Positions 1 to 14,596 are shown, counted from the stretch's first letter. The stretch: DNA of 64,000 bases from Octopus vulgaris (GCA_951406725.2 OX597818.1:74276001-74340000); one strand, 5' to 3'. The notes: a model not told the origin generated them from the letters alone. A program made the numbers and translations.

Positions 1-770
1 GCGCATATATATGTTAATGCATTTATATTAATATACATATATATATATATCCTCAATGATGTGATGTTTATCACAGTTTCTCTTGAATTCCTTTTGTTTG
101 CAGAAAAGATTGATATCAATATTTGCATCGATTTAAATACTTCTCAATATTTGTAGGTGTCAGAGACGTCAGTTTGATGCTACTGTTTACATGTCAGACC
201 TATACACTCTGATAAATATTTGTTGCACGATAAATGGAGAATGCAATAAATGATTGATAAATATGTGTCATTTACCTTACATGATTTATCCATTGGTGGT
301 ATAGCAATAGCCATAACCTTTCCTCAGTGTCTCTGACACTGGTAAAGAAAGACTGGAAATTATCCGCAAAGCGAAGTCCTTAGTTAGTAGTTAGATATTG
401 AAATATTTCCCGTATTCCAGTATTTCACTGCACGCAATCTACACAGTAGTGAAGACCCATGGTTTAGTACTTAATATGCAGCACTGATGATCGCAAGATC
501 ATGTTTCCGACTTCCTGCCGATGAATTTTTTCTTCAGGAACAAAACACTTTTTTGACATTGCTCTAATTCCCACAGCTGTAAATAAGTAACCCCAAAAAA
601 GATTGCGTCCTGTTCAGTGTGCGACGTTGATACATTATTGTTGCCGGTCGGGACACATATTAAGCTCCAAGGTATGGTTGAGGAGAAATAATATACTGCT
701 ATTTCTAAACATCTAAGGGGTTTTAACCTTCTCCGTAATAATTGTGATTTATTCACAATTATTGCACTCT

Positions 771-822
<52 letters not shown>

Positions 823-854
823 ACAAATATATATATAATTTTTTATTTTGTTAG

Positions 855-1460
855 GTATACTTGCCATCTCAATATGGCTAACCACTAAGGGAACATCGTC
901 TACAGCTGGCTTTAGGCACACTTTCTGTGCCCTTATGGTATTTGCAAAGGGAGATCATCCCTCTCTCGCAAACCTAAGTGATACGCACGGACTGCAGTTT
1001 CTTGGTATTGACCTGTTGTCGGCGTACGACAATCACCGGTTTTCGATGAAGAGATGTCCCAATGCAAAAAGTTTTATCGTTTTTCCAGTAACTTTTCGTC
1101 ACTGATTTCGAAAAACTGTCTGCAAGCAATAATAAACCTCTGAACGAGGTATAGACAGTAACTGCACGACAATGAGAGATATACTTGCCATCTCAATATG
1201 GCTAACCACTAAGGGTGGGTGTTACTGTAGCTTGTAGCCCCGTGCGTATCATTTAGGTTGACGATGGAGGAATGACCTCCCATTACAAATACCATAAGAG
1301 CACAGAAAGTGTGCCTAAAGCCAGCTGGAGACGATGTTCTCCTGGGGCTACAAGCTACAGTAACACCCACTCTTAGTGGTTAGCCATTTTCAGATGGCAA
1401 GTATACCTCACATTGTCGTACAGTTACTGTCTATACCTCGTTCAGAGGTTTATTATTGCT
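855..1460. repeat. Rearranged inverted-repeat element between (TA)n/(CA)n tracts, probably PLE pLTR-derived
   Basis: 1125-1240 and 1344-1460 are reverse complements. The loop 1241-1340 is the reverse complement of about 891-989. 855-891 is repeated directly at about 1179-1214. Confidence 0.8.
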
Positions 1461-1510
1461 TTTATTTTGTGTAATACGTAAAATACCTTACGTTTATAAT
1501 ATATACAATA

Positions 1511-1581
<71 letters not shown>

Positions 1582-3102
1582 CATATGCACAAGCACGCAC
1601 ACTCATATTTGTATATAAAATACTGCAGACTGTAGTGTATATACATAAATATAAATGCTCATATGCAAATATATAGATTTCCTCATCACTGAAGCAAAAA
1701 CAAATACAGAAATGGCCATGTTTCATTCATGCTTAGATAGAAAATCGGTAACAAATGTGTCCACTCTCTGGATGGCTAACCAATATGTAAATATATAAAA
1801 TGTTAATGATGAAATAATAGCTGAGTGTGTAGAGAAATATTGAGATTATAAACGGGTAAATGAATATGAGTCACTGAAAGAATGAAAACAGCAACAGGTA
1901 ACCTTTTATTACATACGCTTCATTGCCTTTATTAATATTTTTTCACTTTTTACTCCCGCCCTTTTACTTAGTTCATCGTCGTCATCATGATCAATACTAC
2001 ATTAATATAAACTCATAACAAAAGTATGAAAGGGAACAAGGAACAATAAGGAATCAGGTGTTTCTTCCAATGTTTTATACAGAAAAATGTTTTAATATAC
2101 ACATTTTTGAGTTTTGAGGTTAAAAGCGGTTTTTTGTAGTATAAGTAAAAGAGAAAGTGATATTTAACTATCATGGATCTGCTTTCTCTGATTTCTTCTT
2201 CAAAGTTTCGTGTAATATTTCCATATTCTTTCCATATTTAAAACCATGTGTGATTCTGTGATTAAGTAGACATGTCAAGTCTCATGATTTTCTTGGCATC
2301 CTAATTGATTGTTTTCAAACAATTTCATCAGAACGACGTGATATGACACCATGTTTTCACATCATTTTCAAACTCAGGGCTGTTGTGTCTGTCATAGCTA
2401 ATATTACTGGAACCTGAATATTTGTTTTTGACCATCTTACAGTCATGTAGGTTTATGACCAGTCAATCTTGTTTATATTTTTAAATTAATCACTGCGTTG
2501 TGTTATTGGTATGTCCTCCATTATCAATCGCTTATGTTTGTAAAGATTTTCTTTTATTGAAATACTTTCCAATCTAGTTTAATTTTATCATCGTTTTGTT
2601 TACTTTCTCCATGTTGAAGACCGTCTCTCAGTAGCAGAGAGCGTCTCACTTCTATGTAAGATATAAATTACTGCTTCAGGAAGTTTACAACTCTGAGATC
2701 AGCAATCGAACTTATAAATCAAGTGATCATTAATAAGATCCCGCTAGATTGAATGCTTGCTGTTTGTAATTGATAAGAGGATCTTTGATTTTACTTTGTA
2801 ACTTGTATATTATCAGTATTATTTATGGTTTGGTGGCCACGTACTTTGCGTTATGTCTATATCAAGTTTAAATTACTGCATTTATTTCCTGTATAGTTAC
2901 ACAGTTTCAGATTCATACAATAAGATTTCAGTGGAAGTTTTGTTTTTATCATAGGTATAGTTACTAATATATCTATTGGGTTGTATTTAGGATCAATTCG
3001 GTCGGCGGCTTGACACACACACACATATATATACACATATACACATATATATATATATACATACATACATATATATATATATATGTATACATATATATAT
3101 AC

Positions 3103-3142
<40 letters not shown>

Positions 3143-3146
<4 letters not shown>

Positions 3147-3460
3147 TCAGTGTGAATACTTGATAACAGTAAGCACCTGTATACGCCAGTTAGTGGTGTA
3201 GGTGATAGGGTATATTTATCAAAATAAAAACAGGATGCAAAGGATTTAGCGGTACATATGTATCTGGCTTTATTAGACAGTTTATATCAATGCATAATTG
3301 ATGTAATATGTATGTCAATAGCCTTCTTCATCCGCGCACAATAACCACACCAAAGACATGTATTACATTATAAGTTTGGGAGGCAAATCCTCATAGTCGC
3401 ATACAGCAGAGCGAGACACCAAAAACAAAATCAAAGCGTCCATACCGCCTTTCACTCGAT
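3143..3460 (-). mobile_element. TA-flanked non-autonomous repeat with a degenerate hammerhead-like motif; second partial copy at 49030-49195 (+)
   Basis: Shares tcaattatgcattgatataa...ctatcaccta..ccact..ctggc.tatacaggtgcttac.gttatcaagtattcac with 49030-49195. The second copy retains GAAA-catatg. Confidence 0.6.
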
Positions 3461-3468
3461 ATATATAC

Positions 3469-3610
<142 letters not shown>

Positions 3611-4163
3611 GAATACATTATTGATTACGAATTGTTTTATTGTGTGTGAAAGAGTCCATAATAGTCTACAAAGTTGGATTGTGGTTTGAGGAACTTAAAT
3701 GTACCATAATAATAATGAAATCACATACAATATGTAACAAAGACGTGAAAACTAAAAACAAATAGTCTCTTTACTAAAACATATATAAAGAAAATGGGAT
3801 AGAATAGTTAGATAGATAAATATGTGTGTGTTTACGAGTGTGCATGTGTGTGTATGTGTGTGTATGTGTGTGTGTGTCTGTGTCCGTGCTTGCGTATTTG
3901 TCCGTTCTTTTCTACTTCTAAATATTTGAATACTTTCTGCAAGGAAGGAGCTGGTTTCCAATGGAGAAAGCAATCTCCATTGCTTGGATCCAAAGCAAAA
4001 GAAAGAAGAAATATATAAAATCAAATGTTGAAATTCAGAAAGGCTTTCTCACAATTGTCAGAGAATATTCTGAAAGCGAACAAAGGAAAACCTCTAATTA
4101 CCGTCAGCATTCCCTTGTGAAAGCTATACATATTTTATGTATAAACTCAAATACAAACAGCAC

Positions 4164-4225
<62 letters not shown>

Positions 4226-4909
4226 TTGTGTGTTTGTTTGTGTTTGTGTATGTGTTTGTTTGTGTGTGTGTGTACAAATGCATTAAGGTTAATATAATAA
4301 ATTCTAAACAGGAGCAAGGTTTGAGATACTTGCATATGAGGAAATTTACATTTACTCAATATAAATGAGTAATAAACAACAGAATGTCTTGAAAAAACTG
4401 GCTACATATGATTATCCAATCAAACCTTCATTTGAAGATAGTTTGCGTCTAAATTAACGATCAATGCAACATCATACAACGGAGAGCCGATAACCGAAAA
4501 AAAACTTTAAATAGTTAAATCAAAGGATATCAAAAGGAAAACCCTGAAGAAACTGCATTGGTATTTGAATCTATAAATGCGGAGTAGATGAAACAGGGAC
4601 AACTGATGAAGGGGAATATTCTTTATGTTGCACGTGCCGTGTCTTTGTTAGTTTTTTTCGTTGTTCGAAAAAAAATTTCGTTTCTTATGTTTCTGTTTTT
4701 ATGTTTTCGTTTCTCATTGTGTTCAACGTTTTTTTGAAGTCCTGTACCCATACATGCATGTATATATACACATATATGCGTAGGTATGTACATATATGTA
4801 TGTATATACGCATATATTTATATATTATATATATATAAATATATATATTATTTATATTATATACATATATAAATACGTATATATATGTATATATATATAT
4901 ATATACATA

Positions 4910-4916
4910 TATAGAT

Positions 4917-5005
<89 letters not shown>
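4910..5005. repeat. (GATA)n tetranucleotide microsatellite
   Basis: Direct reading of tandem agat units. Confidence 0.95.
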
Positions 5006-5158
5006 TATAAAGGAATTAAAGGTAATGCTATGCTATTTAGTAATAATCATTATTTTTATTATCACTGTTATATATATGCATACATGAAAGGCATGCATAT
5101 TTAAATACATATGTACCCAATTTAGATATATATTTACATATATGCTGATACATGTGTG

Positions 5159-5190
<32 letters not shown>

Positions 5191-5495
5191 CGTGTAAAAT
5201 ATAATTAAGATTCAGTCGAATTAGACATTTGAATTGAGGTACCCTGCTATTTCGGTATAATCAGCACCCAAAACAATATTATTTGAATACTGAATATCAA
5301 GACTCATTGTAGTGATATTTGTACCCGATATTCTTGTCCTCTGCGCAGACAACGCAACCCAGCTAAGTGAAGTTACCCGCTCTTGGTAATTCAGACATGT
5401 ACTTTATGTCAAGGCACTTCTGTAGTATTTCCGAAGTGCAGATTCAAAGTTAGGCGAAAAGAAAATGCATAAATAGCAAAATGTACACATGTCAG

Positions 5496-5582
5496 TTCCT
5501 TACGACCATTTCAAGCGGTTCCATTTAATTGGTTAATTAAAACATTACATCAATTTGAAAGAAACCATTCTCGTCAGATGAC
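5496..5582 (-). ncRNA. Hammerhead ribozyme motif, left arm of palindrome, helix I damaged
   Basis: Minus strand: gtcat CTGACGA gaatggtttc...ggaaccgctt GAAA tggtcg TA. Confidence 0.6.
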
Positions 5583-5669
5583 CCCATAGACTTCAAATAT
5601 AAAAAATAAACCAGTTTTTGACAAATTTACATCGGTAATGGTTTATCCTTTATGTTTGAAGTATATGCG

Positions 5670-5756
5670 GTCATCTGATGAGAACGGTTTCTTTCAAAGT
5701 GATGTAATGTCATCATTAATCAATAAAAGGGAGCCGCTTGAAACGGCTGTAATGAC
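5670..5756 (+). ncRNA. Type I hammerhead ribozyme motif, right arm of palindrome
   Basis: gtcat CTGATGA gaacggtttcttt...aagggagccgctt GAAA cggctg TA atgac. Helix I gtcat/atgac, long helix II with one mismatch, near-palindromic helix III. Confidence 0.85.
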
Positions 5757-5798
5757 TTGAGAGAGGTACATCTTTGTTACTTATCTGTATGCTATGTG

Positions 5799-5904
<106 letters not shown>

Positions 5905-6529
5905 TTCATATTTGCCTTATGCTAATCATTAGAGTGCAATAATTCTGTAGCACATCCTTGAAGGGATTTGTCTAAGAAATCGATACAGTACATATTTCAC
6001 TGGCTGGTAACTTCTATCGAATGTTCCCGAATCGCTAAATTGTGTGAACGTATATAGGCCAATACCGGTTGCTAAACGGTGTTAATAGATCAGTAGAATG
6101 ACATTATATATATATATATAATGGATTATGTTATGGAATATACGACCATTAATCAGAATGTACAAGTGCCTGGAAATATTGATAATTAATTTAGGATTTT
6201 TAAAGTTGCATGGAACTAAAAAATCCTTATATATAAAGTTTAGTATTAACATAATCGGGAGAGAACGGCTTAGTAGTCGGAGCGTACATGGCTTTGTTAA
6301 TATATGTGTGTGTGTGTGTGTATGTGTTTGTGTGTACGTATATATATATATATATATACAACGGGTTTCTTTTAGTTTCCTTCTAGTACATCCATTTGTA
6401 ATGCTATAGTCTACCCGAGGCTGTAGAGGGCATCAATCTAAAGTGTGACTCAGTGGGACGGAAACCAAATCATTATGGCTGGGAATGATAAGTATACATA
6501 CATAAATACATATATATATATATATAACA

Positions 6530-6728
6530 GTCGCCATTATAGATCGTTAGCCACTACACACATTTTTTGCTCTCCTTGTTTCTCTCCCTGTTTTTTCTGT
6601 GTCCCTTTCTGTAGAAGAGCGTAGCCTCGAAACGTAAAAGACGTTTTCTATTCCTGAGCGCTATACTAATACATCTGTTTTTTTTTGTACACCACCTGTC
6701 TTCGTCTTTTGCTTTTTTCGTAAACTCT

Positions 6729-6731
<3 letters not shown>
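6530..6731 (+). mobile_element. Short TA-flanked element with a minimal hammerhead (6605-6640, A6U core); partial copies at 31385-31472 (-) and 62183-62290 (-)
   Basis: cttt CTGTAGA a gag..ctc GAAA cg TA aaag. (TA)n on both sides. Clear identity with the two other copies. Confidence 0.75.
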
Positions 6732-6781
<50 letters not shown>

Positions 6782-6832
6782 TATGTATATCTGTATACAT
6801 TGTAAATACATATATGCATACATAATTATATC

Positions 6833-6902
<70 letters not shown>

Positions 6903-6924
6903 TGTGTATGTATATATATATGTG

Positions 6925-6957
<33 letters not shown>

Positions 6958-7930
6958 ATATATATATACGTATATACATATATATACATATATAGATACA
7001 TACATAAACACGTATGTATATATATTCATAATTTATTAATATTTCGGATTCTCAATGGTAAATTTGTTAAATAAATATGAGTCAAAAATACAATAGCATC
7101 ATATATCATGTAAAATAATGATACGTTACTAATGTATCGCTCTTGTTGCACGCTCTTTTGTATATTACTATTAGATATTCGTTAAAGAACTATAATTTGA
7201 TTCTTCAATTATATGAAATAACACTCTTCCGGGAAAACGCCAGACACCAATCACTTTACAAAAATTCATTAAGTAAAAATTTAAATATATTACAAGTCAT
7301 CGAAGTTTTACAAAGGAAGGCGTGATTGTCAGACAGGAGATAAATCTCTCCAGGAAATATGGGTATACGTTTAGGTAATGAGAGTCTAACGTATGTTAGT
7401 GTATGAGGTCGTGCCTCTCACGCACGCTATATATTATTAATGTGCAATTCCAACGATACATCTTCAATATATTTAGAGATATAATGACCTATCTATTCCA
7501 TAGTGTGTTGAAATTAATGAAAATTTCTTGGGAAGTTCGTAAGGACTTTGAAAAATTAATCAGTTGTTAACATATATAATGTAAAAAGAATATTTGGATG
7601 AAATTATCATTGTTATTTATGAATCGAGAAAAAATGGAGGCAATTTTGTCTGAATTAATCTGAATAAAGAAACGGATCATAAGCCTGAAGTATATTTAAC
7701 ACGAACACTCTTTGCAAAAATTGGACCAGAGTCTATCTCCAGTAAATGGTACAACTGGAAAGCGCCTGCAACTGTAGCTATCCAACCACTATTAGCATAA
7801 CAAGCAGTGTGTATTAGACTGGCATAGGAACGGTAAATGAATTTCGGTGGAGGTCAAATTTGTATCAGTGACAAACCTAGAGATAATTATAAGTCATATT
7901 ATGTGAAACATACGCTAATTTAAAAAAAAG

Positions 7931-8250
7931 ACTCCGCCGGTTACGACGACGAGGGTCCCAGCTGATACGATCAACGGAACAGCTTGCTCATGAAATTAAC
8001 GTGCAAATGGCTGAGCATTCCACAGACACGTGTACCCTTAACGTAGTTCTCGGGGATAATCAGCGTGACACAGAGAGTGACAAGGCTGACCCTTTGAAAT
8101 ACAAGTACAACTCATTTTTGCCAGCTGAGTGGACTGGAGCAACGTGAAATAAAGTGTCTTGCTCAAGGACACAACGCGTCGCCGGGAATCGAACTCACAA
8201 CCTTACGATCATGAGCCGAATGCCCTAACCACTAAGCCACGCGCCCTCAC
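7931..8250 (-). mobile_element. tRNA-derived SINE with a CORE-like central domain, apparently full length
   Basis: Minus strand gives A box tggcttagtgg, B box gttcgattccc, then gtgtccttgagcaagacactt. Confidence 0.85.
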
Positions 8251-9352
8251 GCTAATTATACCCTAATATAATAGACACCTATATGTTATTATCCCACTCA
8301 TGGTTCACAATGTGTGACGCTGATTCAACCCAAGAATTAGATTCAGTCTAAGAATTTGATTAAGAGAAGTGGCTTCTCTCACTCAGTGTCTTACGTATAA
8401 TATGTCGTTTGATATTGTAATATCAAACTGTGTGTCTGTAGTTGAGCTGATTGATTACTTAGAGTAAAGATACGTCGAAACCGACTGTGAATCCTTTTAC
8501 TCTGACTGACATCTTGGAAATACTTTAATACAAACTTCTTATCTAATTAATGATAGAACATACGGCTATTATACATACGTACACACACACATATATAAAC
8601 ATATACATACATATACTTATATGTATATAAGTATTTATGTATGTGTGTATGTTTGTGTGTATGTATGCATGCATACATCAGTCTATGTATCTATGTATGG
8701 TTTCATCACTAGGGTCTGACAGATCGTGTCTGTAGAGTACATATGGATATTTTTATAAATATCAAAGGGACAGTGTATTTCTCTCTTATAATGAAATTCA
8801 TTCAACATCAGCAACATGTTATTGAAGTGTGAGAAACACACTATAAATTACCGACTTTTCCTTATTGCTGCAATTTATAATCATATTGAGAATTGCAATT
8901 ATTTTTATTATTAGATCCAGAAATATATTGAAAAGTTGACATAATGTACAGAAAAATGCACTTATACTGTAAGTAGTTTAGATGAAAGTATAACTAGAGT
9001 GGGGAATATCTACTTATGTTACTTCAAAGCTATTCACTTTCGCTTTTTTCCAAATGGCAATCTTATAAGTACCTTATCAAATCCGTCAAATATAGATTAT
9101 GTTAAGTTATATAATTATAGTGTAGCAAGAAGTAGAGTGATTGTATTGTTTTAAAATACAGAAAATTTTTAGTTTATATTACGGTGTAATTTAATATAAA
9201 CAATTGTGTTGAATTGTATACCTGTATACGGGTGGGGAGAAAAACTATATAGCATCTAGCTCTCGAAGGCATATAGACAAAGTGGGAATTGATGCTGCCT
9301 TCCTTTCCATTCAGACTATGATTAGAAGAGATTCAAAACAATCCACGTGTAT

Positions 9353-9387
<35 letters not shown>

Positions 9388-9659
9388 AAACAAAGTTATT
9401 TTATTCCACACGGGTAGATATATAGGAAAAATAGAAGTTGAAAATGCACTTAGGATAGTTAGAATATTTTCTATTATATTTAAAGATTTAACCAGTTTCC
9501 CAGTTTACACAGATTTTCAAAATGTTGAATTAGAATGACGTGGCTTTTATACAACTTGAAGAATTCTAATAATATATAATAATTAATATAAACGTTTCAA
9601 ATTTACTGGCAAAATTAGTTTAAAACCGTATCATCGTAATTTTATTTAAAGCTTAAGAT

Positions 9660-10300
9660 TGTAGCAAAAATGAGCAACAACAACGAAATACATATTAGTA
9701 CTTTGTGCCGTAGACTTTATTCTTAATAACGGCTGAACAACGCCTCGGCATTCAATTCGCTAAGTAATTATATAATTCTATGGAAATGTTTTGCCATATT
9801 TCATTGTTATAATCGAATAACTATTTTAGATTTGATGTTTTTTTTAACATGGATTTTTTGGGAAACATAATTCCACAAGTTCTCGATCGGATTCAGGTAC
9901 GGGCTCCGGGGAGGCGATTCGATTACGTCAATATTATGGTGATCAAATGATTCCTTAACCTTTTTGGCTTTGTGCACAGGAATATTGTCCTACTGATAAA
10001 TAGTCCCCGGAGGTATTTGATGAGTCAAATATGGCACAACATAGTAGATTCATATAACCTACATTATTTAGCTTTCCATCGACTTTAACTAGAGTACCAA
10101 CACCAAAGCTACTAAATGCCCCCCCCCGCTTGCGCCATCATTTTCATGCATTTCAGATAGAATTCCTTGGATGGGCGACGTCTGACGTATGTTTTACTAT
10201 CTGATCCAAATATAAAGAAGCGTGACTCGTCACTCCAAAGGACTCTTCACCAATCTTCAGCAATCCATTGAGCATAGCTTTTTGCGAAATTAAGTCAAAG
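9660..10300 (-). mobile_element. Tc1 (DD34E) transposase remnant, C-terminal half
   Basis: Minus-strand translation: VLWSDESRF..VRRRP, DNIPVHKAKKVK, PPRSPYLNPIENLW, MPRRCSAVIKNKVYGTKY*. Frameshifted. Confidence 0.85.
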
Positions 10301-10432
10301 TAGTAAGAGACTGACTTGGGAAAGTGAATAACATATATGTACAGGGTGTTCGGGCAAGGAGTTAATAATTCACTCAAAGTAACCTCCCTCAGCTTCCAGT
10401 ACGTTGTCAAACAACTCGATTTTGACCACCAT
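10295..10432 (-). mobile_element. Short 3' fragment of the same maT-like transposon as 12000-12370
   Basis: Near-identical to 12056-12198 (agtagtaagagactgacttggg...cagcttccagtacgttgtc). Confidence 0.7.
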
Positions 10433-10867
10433 CCGCTCTTTCTATTTCCAGATGTTGTAAGCTGAATTGATATCAATCTCCTATCTAAGATCTTGAGAGA
10501 AAAATCAATATTGCCAATATCTATATTCATTTTCTTATTCAAAAGGAAGTACTATGTTATTGTTGAAATATTTTTGGGGCCTTAAAGAGAAAAAATGATA
10601 AATGTACAGCTCAGTTACTGGAAACGCTTACTAAAATACGTATGGATCTAACAGAATACAAACTCCGCCTAGCAGAGAAGTATAAAATTCTAACGAACGA
10701 TATTATACATTTGAGTGCGATGCCGGTGCGAATTATAAGATTTTGATACGAGAATCGATATATTTTGAGAAGGCTCGAACTTTCAATAGGTTTGATATAT
10801 TTTATTATTCTTGCATTCTCTATGACCCATCTCCTTTATCTCTGATTACACACACGTATATATATGC

Positions 10868-10954
<87 letters not shown>

Positions 10955-11126
10955 CACATAGATACATATAACTTATAAATAAGGACAAATGAACAAAAAT
11001 TCCTATGCCAAATATGCCGAGAAATAGACTTTAAATCGTCAATAACCACATATAATTCATCACTAAAAACACGTGCCTTGAAGCAAGCTGACAGAAATTT
11101 CTAAGAAAATTCTGTTAAGACTGATA

Positions 11127-11198
<72 letters not shown>

Positions 11199-11723
11199 CA
11201 TACATATACATACCCACACACACATGTATATATATATATATATACATACATGCATGCATACACACACGCACACACATACACATACATGTATATAACGCGA
11301 TAGATTCAGTGGAAACGAAAAATAATTTACGCCACTCAAAAATAACATTTCCATTTGCTTAAATGATCCTTTTAGAGCTGCGTCAGTATTATTCTCCACT
11401 TCTGCATCTCTGTACCTCTCCAAATCCCTTGGATTTTGCTTCTAAAATAATTTAAAATAATTGACTATTTCACTTTTCACTTTCTTTAGCTTGTTTTGCT
11501 CATCTTATGTTTGAACTATTTTTGTTATGTTTGTTTTTCTACTAGTGACTGGGAAATTATTGTTATGGCTAATAAAGAGCTAGTCTATCTATAATCGGTT
11601 AGTTACATTAACAACGGAAGTCGCGAAAAATCTAAGAAATTACTGGGTGTAAATATATATTTAAATCTGTATTTGCATTTGCTTTGAATACACAAATATT
11701 CTCAGACACACTCCTACAATTAT

Positions 11724-11761
<38 letters not shown>

Positions 11762-11792
11762 GTATGTGTGTGTATTTAAATATTTGTATAAT

Positions 11793-11885
<93 letters not shown>

Positions 11886-11999
11886 ATATATATATAAGTA
11901 TGTGTGCGTGCCTGTGTGTGTATGTATCTGTTTAGCATTAACTGTTGGGACAAAGTGTACTCGATAACGTAGATGAGATCAATATTTTATTTTCAGCGA

Positions 12000-12370
12000 A
12001 TCCGTGCCATAGGGTCTTCCGGCAAATTTCAAATTCCTGTTAAATGACAGGTGAGAGTCAATGTAGTAAGAGACTGACTTGGGTAAGTGAATAATATATA
12101 TGTACAGGGTGTTCGGGCAAAGAGGTAATAATTCACTCAAAGTAACCGCCCTCAGCTTCCAGTACGTTGTCGAACAACTCCTCGATTTTGGCCACCATAT
12201 TGTCCTTGATGTTGTAGGTAAAGCGGTTGGTGTGTTTATCAACCGTTTCCCACACGTTATAATCCATGGGATCGCACTCATGGGAATTAGTAAGCCAGAT
12301 TTTGGAGTTGATGAAGCTGGAAAAATTCTCTAGCAACCACATTTGACTCTTTCCTGAGGCATGGCAAGGA
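12000..12370 (-). mobile_element. Tc1/mariner superfamily (maT/DD37D-like) transposase 3' remnant
   Basis: ORF 12133-12342 WLTNSHECDPMDYNVWE...VLEAEGGYFE matches the WPPSSPDLNPMDY.VW...A.GGYFE pattern. Confidence 0.75.
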
Positions 12371-13419
12371 ACCGAATCGCGGTATTACTCATTTCCAGCA
12401 ACAACTCCCTCCAACTAGAGATTGGCCACAAACTTGAGATATGCATCTTCATTGAGCCTAAATTGTTGTTGAATATTGTGGGGTCGAATATCTGCGTGTA
12501 GACGCAATCAAAAACCTTGCAGTGTTCCATTATTGTGGCCACGGTTACGTTGTTTTCGTTGCGGCAATCCACATCACATCATGCAGTATTCACAGAGCAC
12601 TGAAAAGATATCGGCATATTGATACTTTCACGAATTAATAAGATACACGTATCTCCTTACCAACTACAGCTTAAATCGTTATGCTCTCCAATGCCATTGA
12701 CTGCTCACCAACTCAACAAACTCTTTTTCAAAAAGATGGTGTTTAAAAAAAACTGTCAATAACACAGGAGACAAGGCAGCAAATATCAAACTCTGCATTA
12801 CCGAAAAACTAAATATGATAATATCAGCTGTGCTCGTTTTAATAATTGTGGTGAAAATCTTTCCACCCTGCATGCACATGAAACAGTTCGTACTTCGATG
12901 TTTCAAGCAAGGCCTTCTAACCATTTCTACATATCTCGAACTTCGGTAAGTTCCACTCTGAACACCAATAATACGCAGCACATGAACATTATGCATAAAT
13001 GTCACATGCACCTCCTGAACTTATGCTGGATTCTTCATTATACAGATACATGTGCAATTGCACATATTCGTGACATTACGTGATTCACACAAAGAGATAA
13101 CATATATATACACAAACGTACGAAGCTACAAGCCCATGCATTTATAAATTTACAATCCCGTGGACAAATTTGGACGTAAAGGTCTGTGAAAATCCACAAT
13201 TGTATGCAATCTGGTTTCTGTTTTCTTTCTCATTTTTCGGTTTTTCAATCTTTCATCTTTTATATCGTATTCTTTTTCGTCTGTTATCTCTCATCCTATC
13301 TTCCTATTTTAGTTTGTTATACCATGCTAGCAGTACCTGAAGATTGTACTGAGACACCAGACCTGTTAAAAATATGCAAGTATATATATATATGTGTGTG
13401 TGTGTATATATATATATAT

Positions 13420-13633
13420 GTTTCAAAATGTGACCGCGTGTGTACCGTTGGCGATTTTTCCCCTCCGTCTTCCCTTCTCTGGATCTTTCCTTTTCCTATG
13501 TTTCTGACGAAGAGCTCCGCTCGAAACGTAAACCCCTCCTTCTTCCCTTCCTTCCTGAGCGTCCAACAATACTATATTTGTTCCATGTCCTCACGTTGTT
13601 GTGTTTTCTGTTTGTGTTTTCATGTTTGGAATA

Positions 13634-13640
<7 letters not shown>
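13420..13640 (+). mobile_element. Short TA-flanked element with a minimal hammerhead at 13500-13533; 3' tail copy at 62998-63059
   Basis: gttt CTGACGA a gagc tcc gctc GAAA cg TA aac. Reverse-oriented copy at 15392-15600. Confidence 0.8.
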
Positions 13641-13684
<44 letters not shown>

Positions 13685-13703
13685 GTGTGTGTGTGTGTGT
13701 ATG

Positions 13704-13734
<31 letters not shown>

Positions 13735-14596
13735 TTAAAATATAATTAATGAGGTAATCAATCCACGGTGAACGCTTCTCCTTACAGGGAAAATGCAATT
13801 TATATTTTTAATATAATTATTTTCTGAGCAGTTACCTGCTATGATGTATATATTTGTTTCTTTATCTACAAATTCCCTACAGTCTATGTAGCCTCGTATA
13901 TTCTCATCCAAGATGGAGACGAGTATCAACGTTCCTAAGAGGCAGTCTTCATAATTTTTGAGAGATCTCTCTTTCGCATGAAGATATTTGTAGCCTTGAC
14001 ACACAAATAAAGAATATTTATCCGCCAATATGGTGTTAAACACTCTATCACACTGTTTGTAATTATCATGTATACACGCACACACACACACACACATATG
14101 CACATATACATACGCACATATGTATGAATATATGTATGTATCTGCATATGAGTATTTATTTGTCTTTGAATATAGTATAAAAGTTTGGTAAAGTTCTTGT
14201 ATTATTTGAATATATAATTATGAATATAAAATGGTATGTAATGTTTCGAAGAGAATCTTTAAGAAATCATTAATATGTGAATGTAGAAATTACTGAAAAA
14301 CCCATGGTTGTATCCTTGTAACAGATTATATTCCTTCTATATGTATGGTCGCGCAATATATAGAAAATCCATAAATTGCTTTTTACATGTCATGTATAAA
14401 ATATATATTTCTTTTTATTCACTAACGTGTAGTTGATATCATATATGTTACATAACAGATATATGGGCGTGATTTGGGATATTGTATACTTGTCTATAGT
14501 TTATGTAATTGTGAGAGTTTTGTAGTATCTGTGTATTATAAAATATGTATTATAGAATATGCTTTGGAAAATACAGATCAACAAATAGTGTCGTTT

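Noticed and set aside
499-756. ORF with FFGVTY...FLKKKF, faintly like an RNA-virus RdRp motif E region
   Set aside because: No GDD or other polymerase motifs; too short to support an endogenous viral element.
4544-4625. CTGAAGA, GAAA and CTGATGA in a TA-adjacent repeat
   Set aside because: No consistent helices I and III or UH site could be built.
7700-7885. Possible very old plus-strand Tc1 remnant (ICISDKPR resembling VFSDESR)
   Set aside because: Too decayed to support.
8190-8250. tRNA-like A and B boxes
   Set aside because: This is a SINE head continuing into a SINE body, not a tRNA gene.
13735-14103. 122-aa minus-strand ORF with protein-like composition
   Set aside because: It starts in a microsatellite, with no recognisable domain or splice support.
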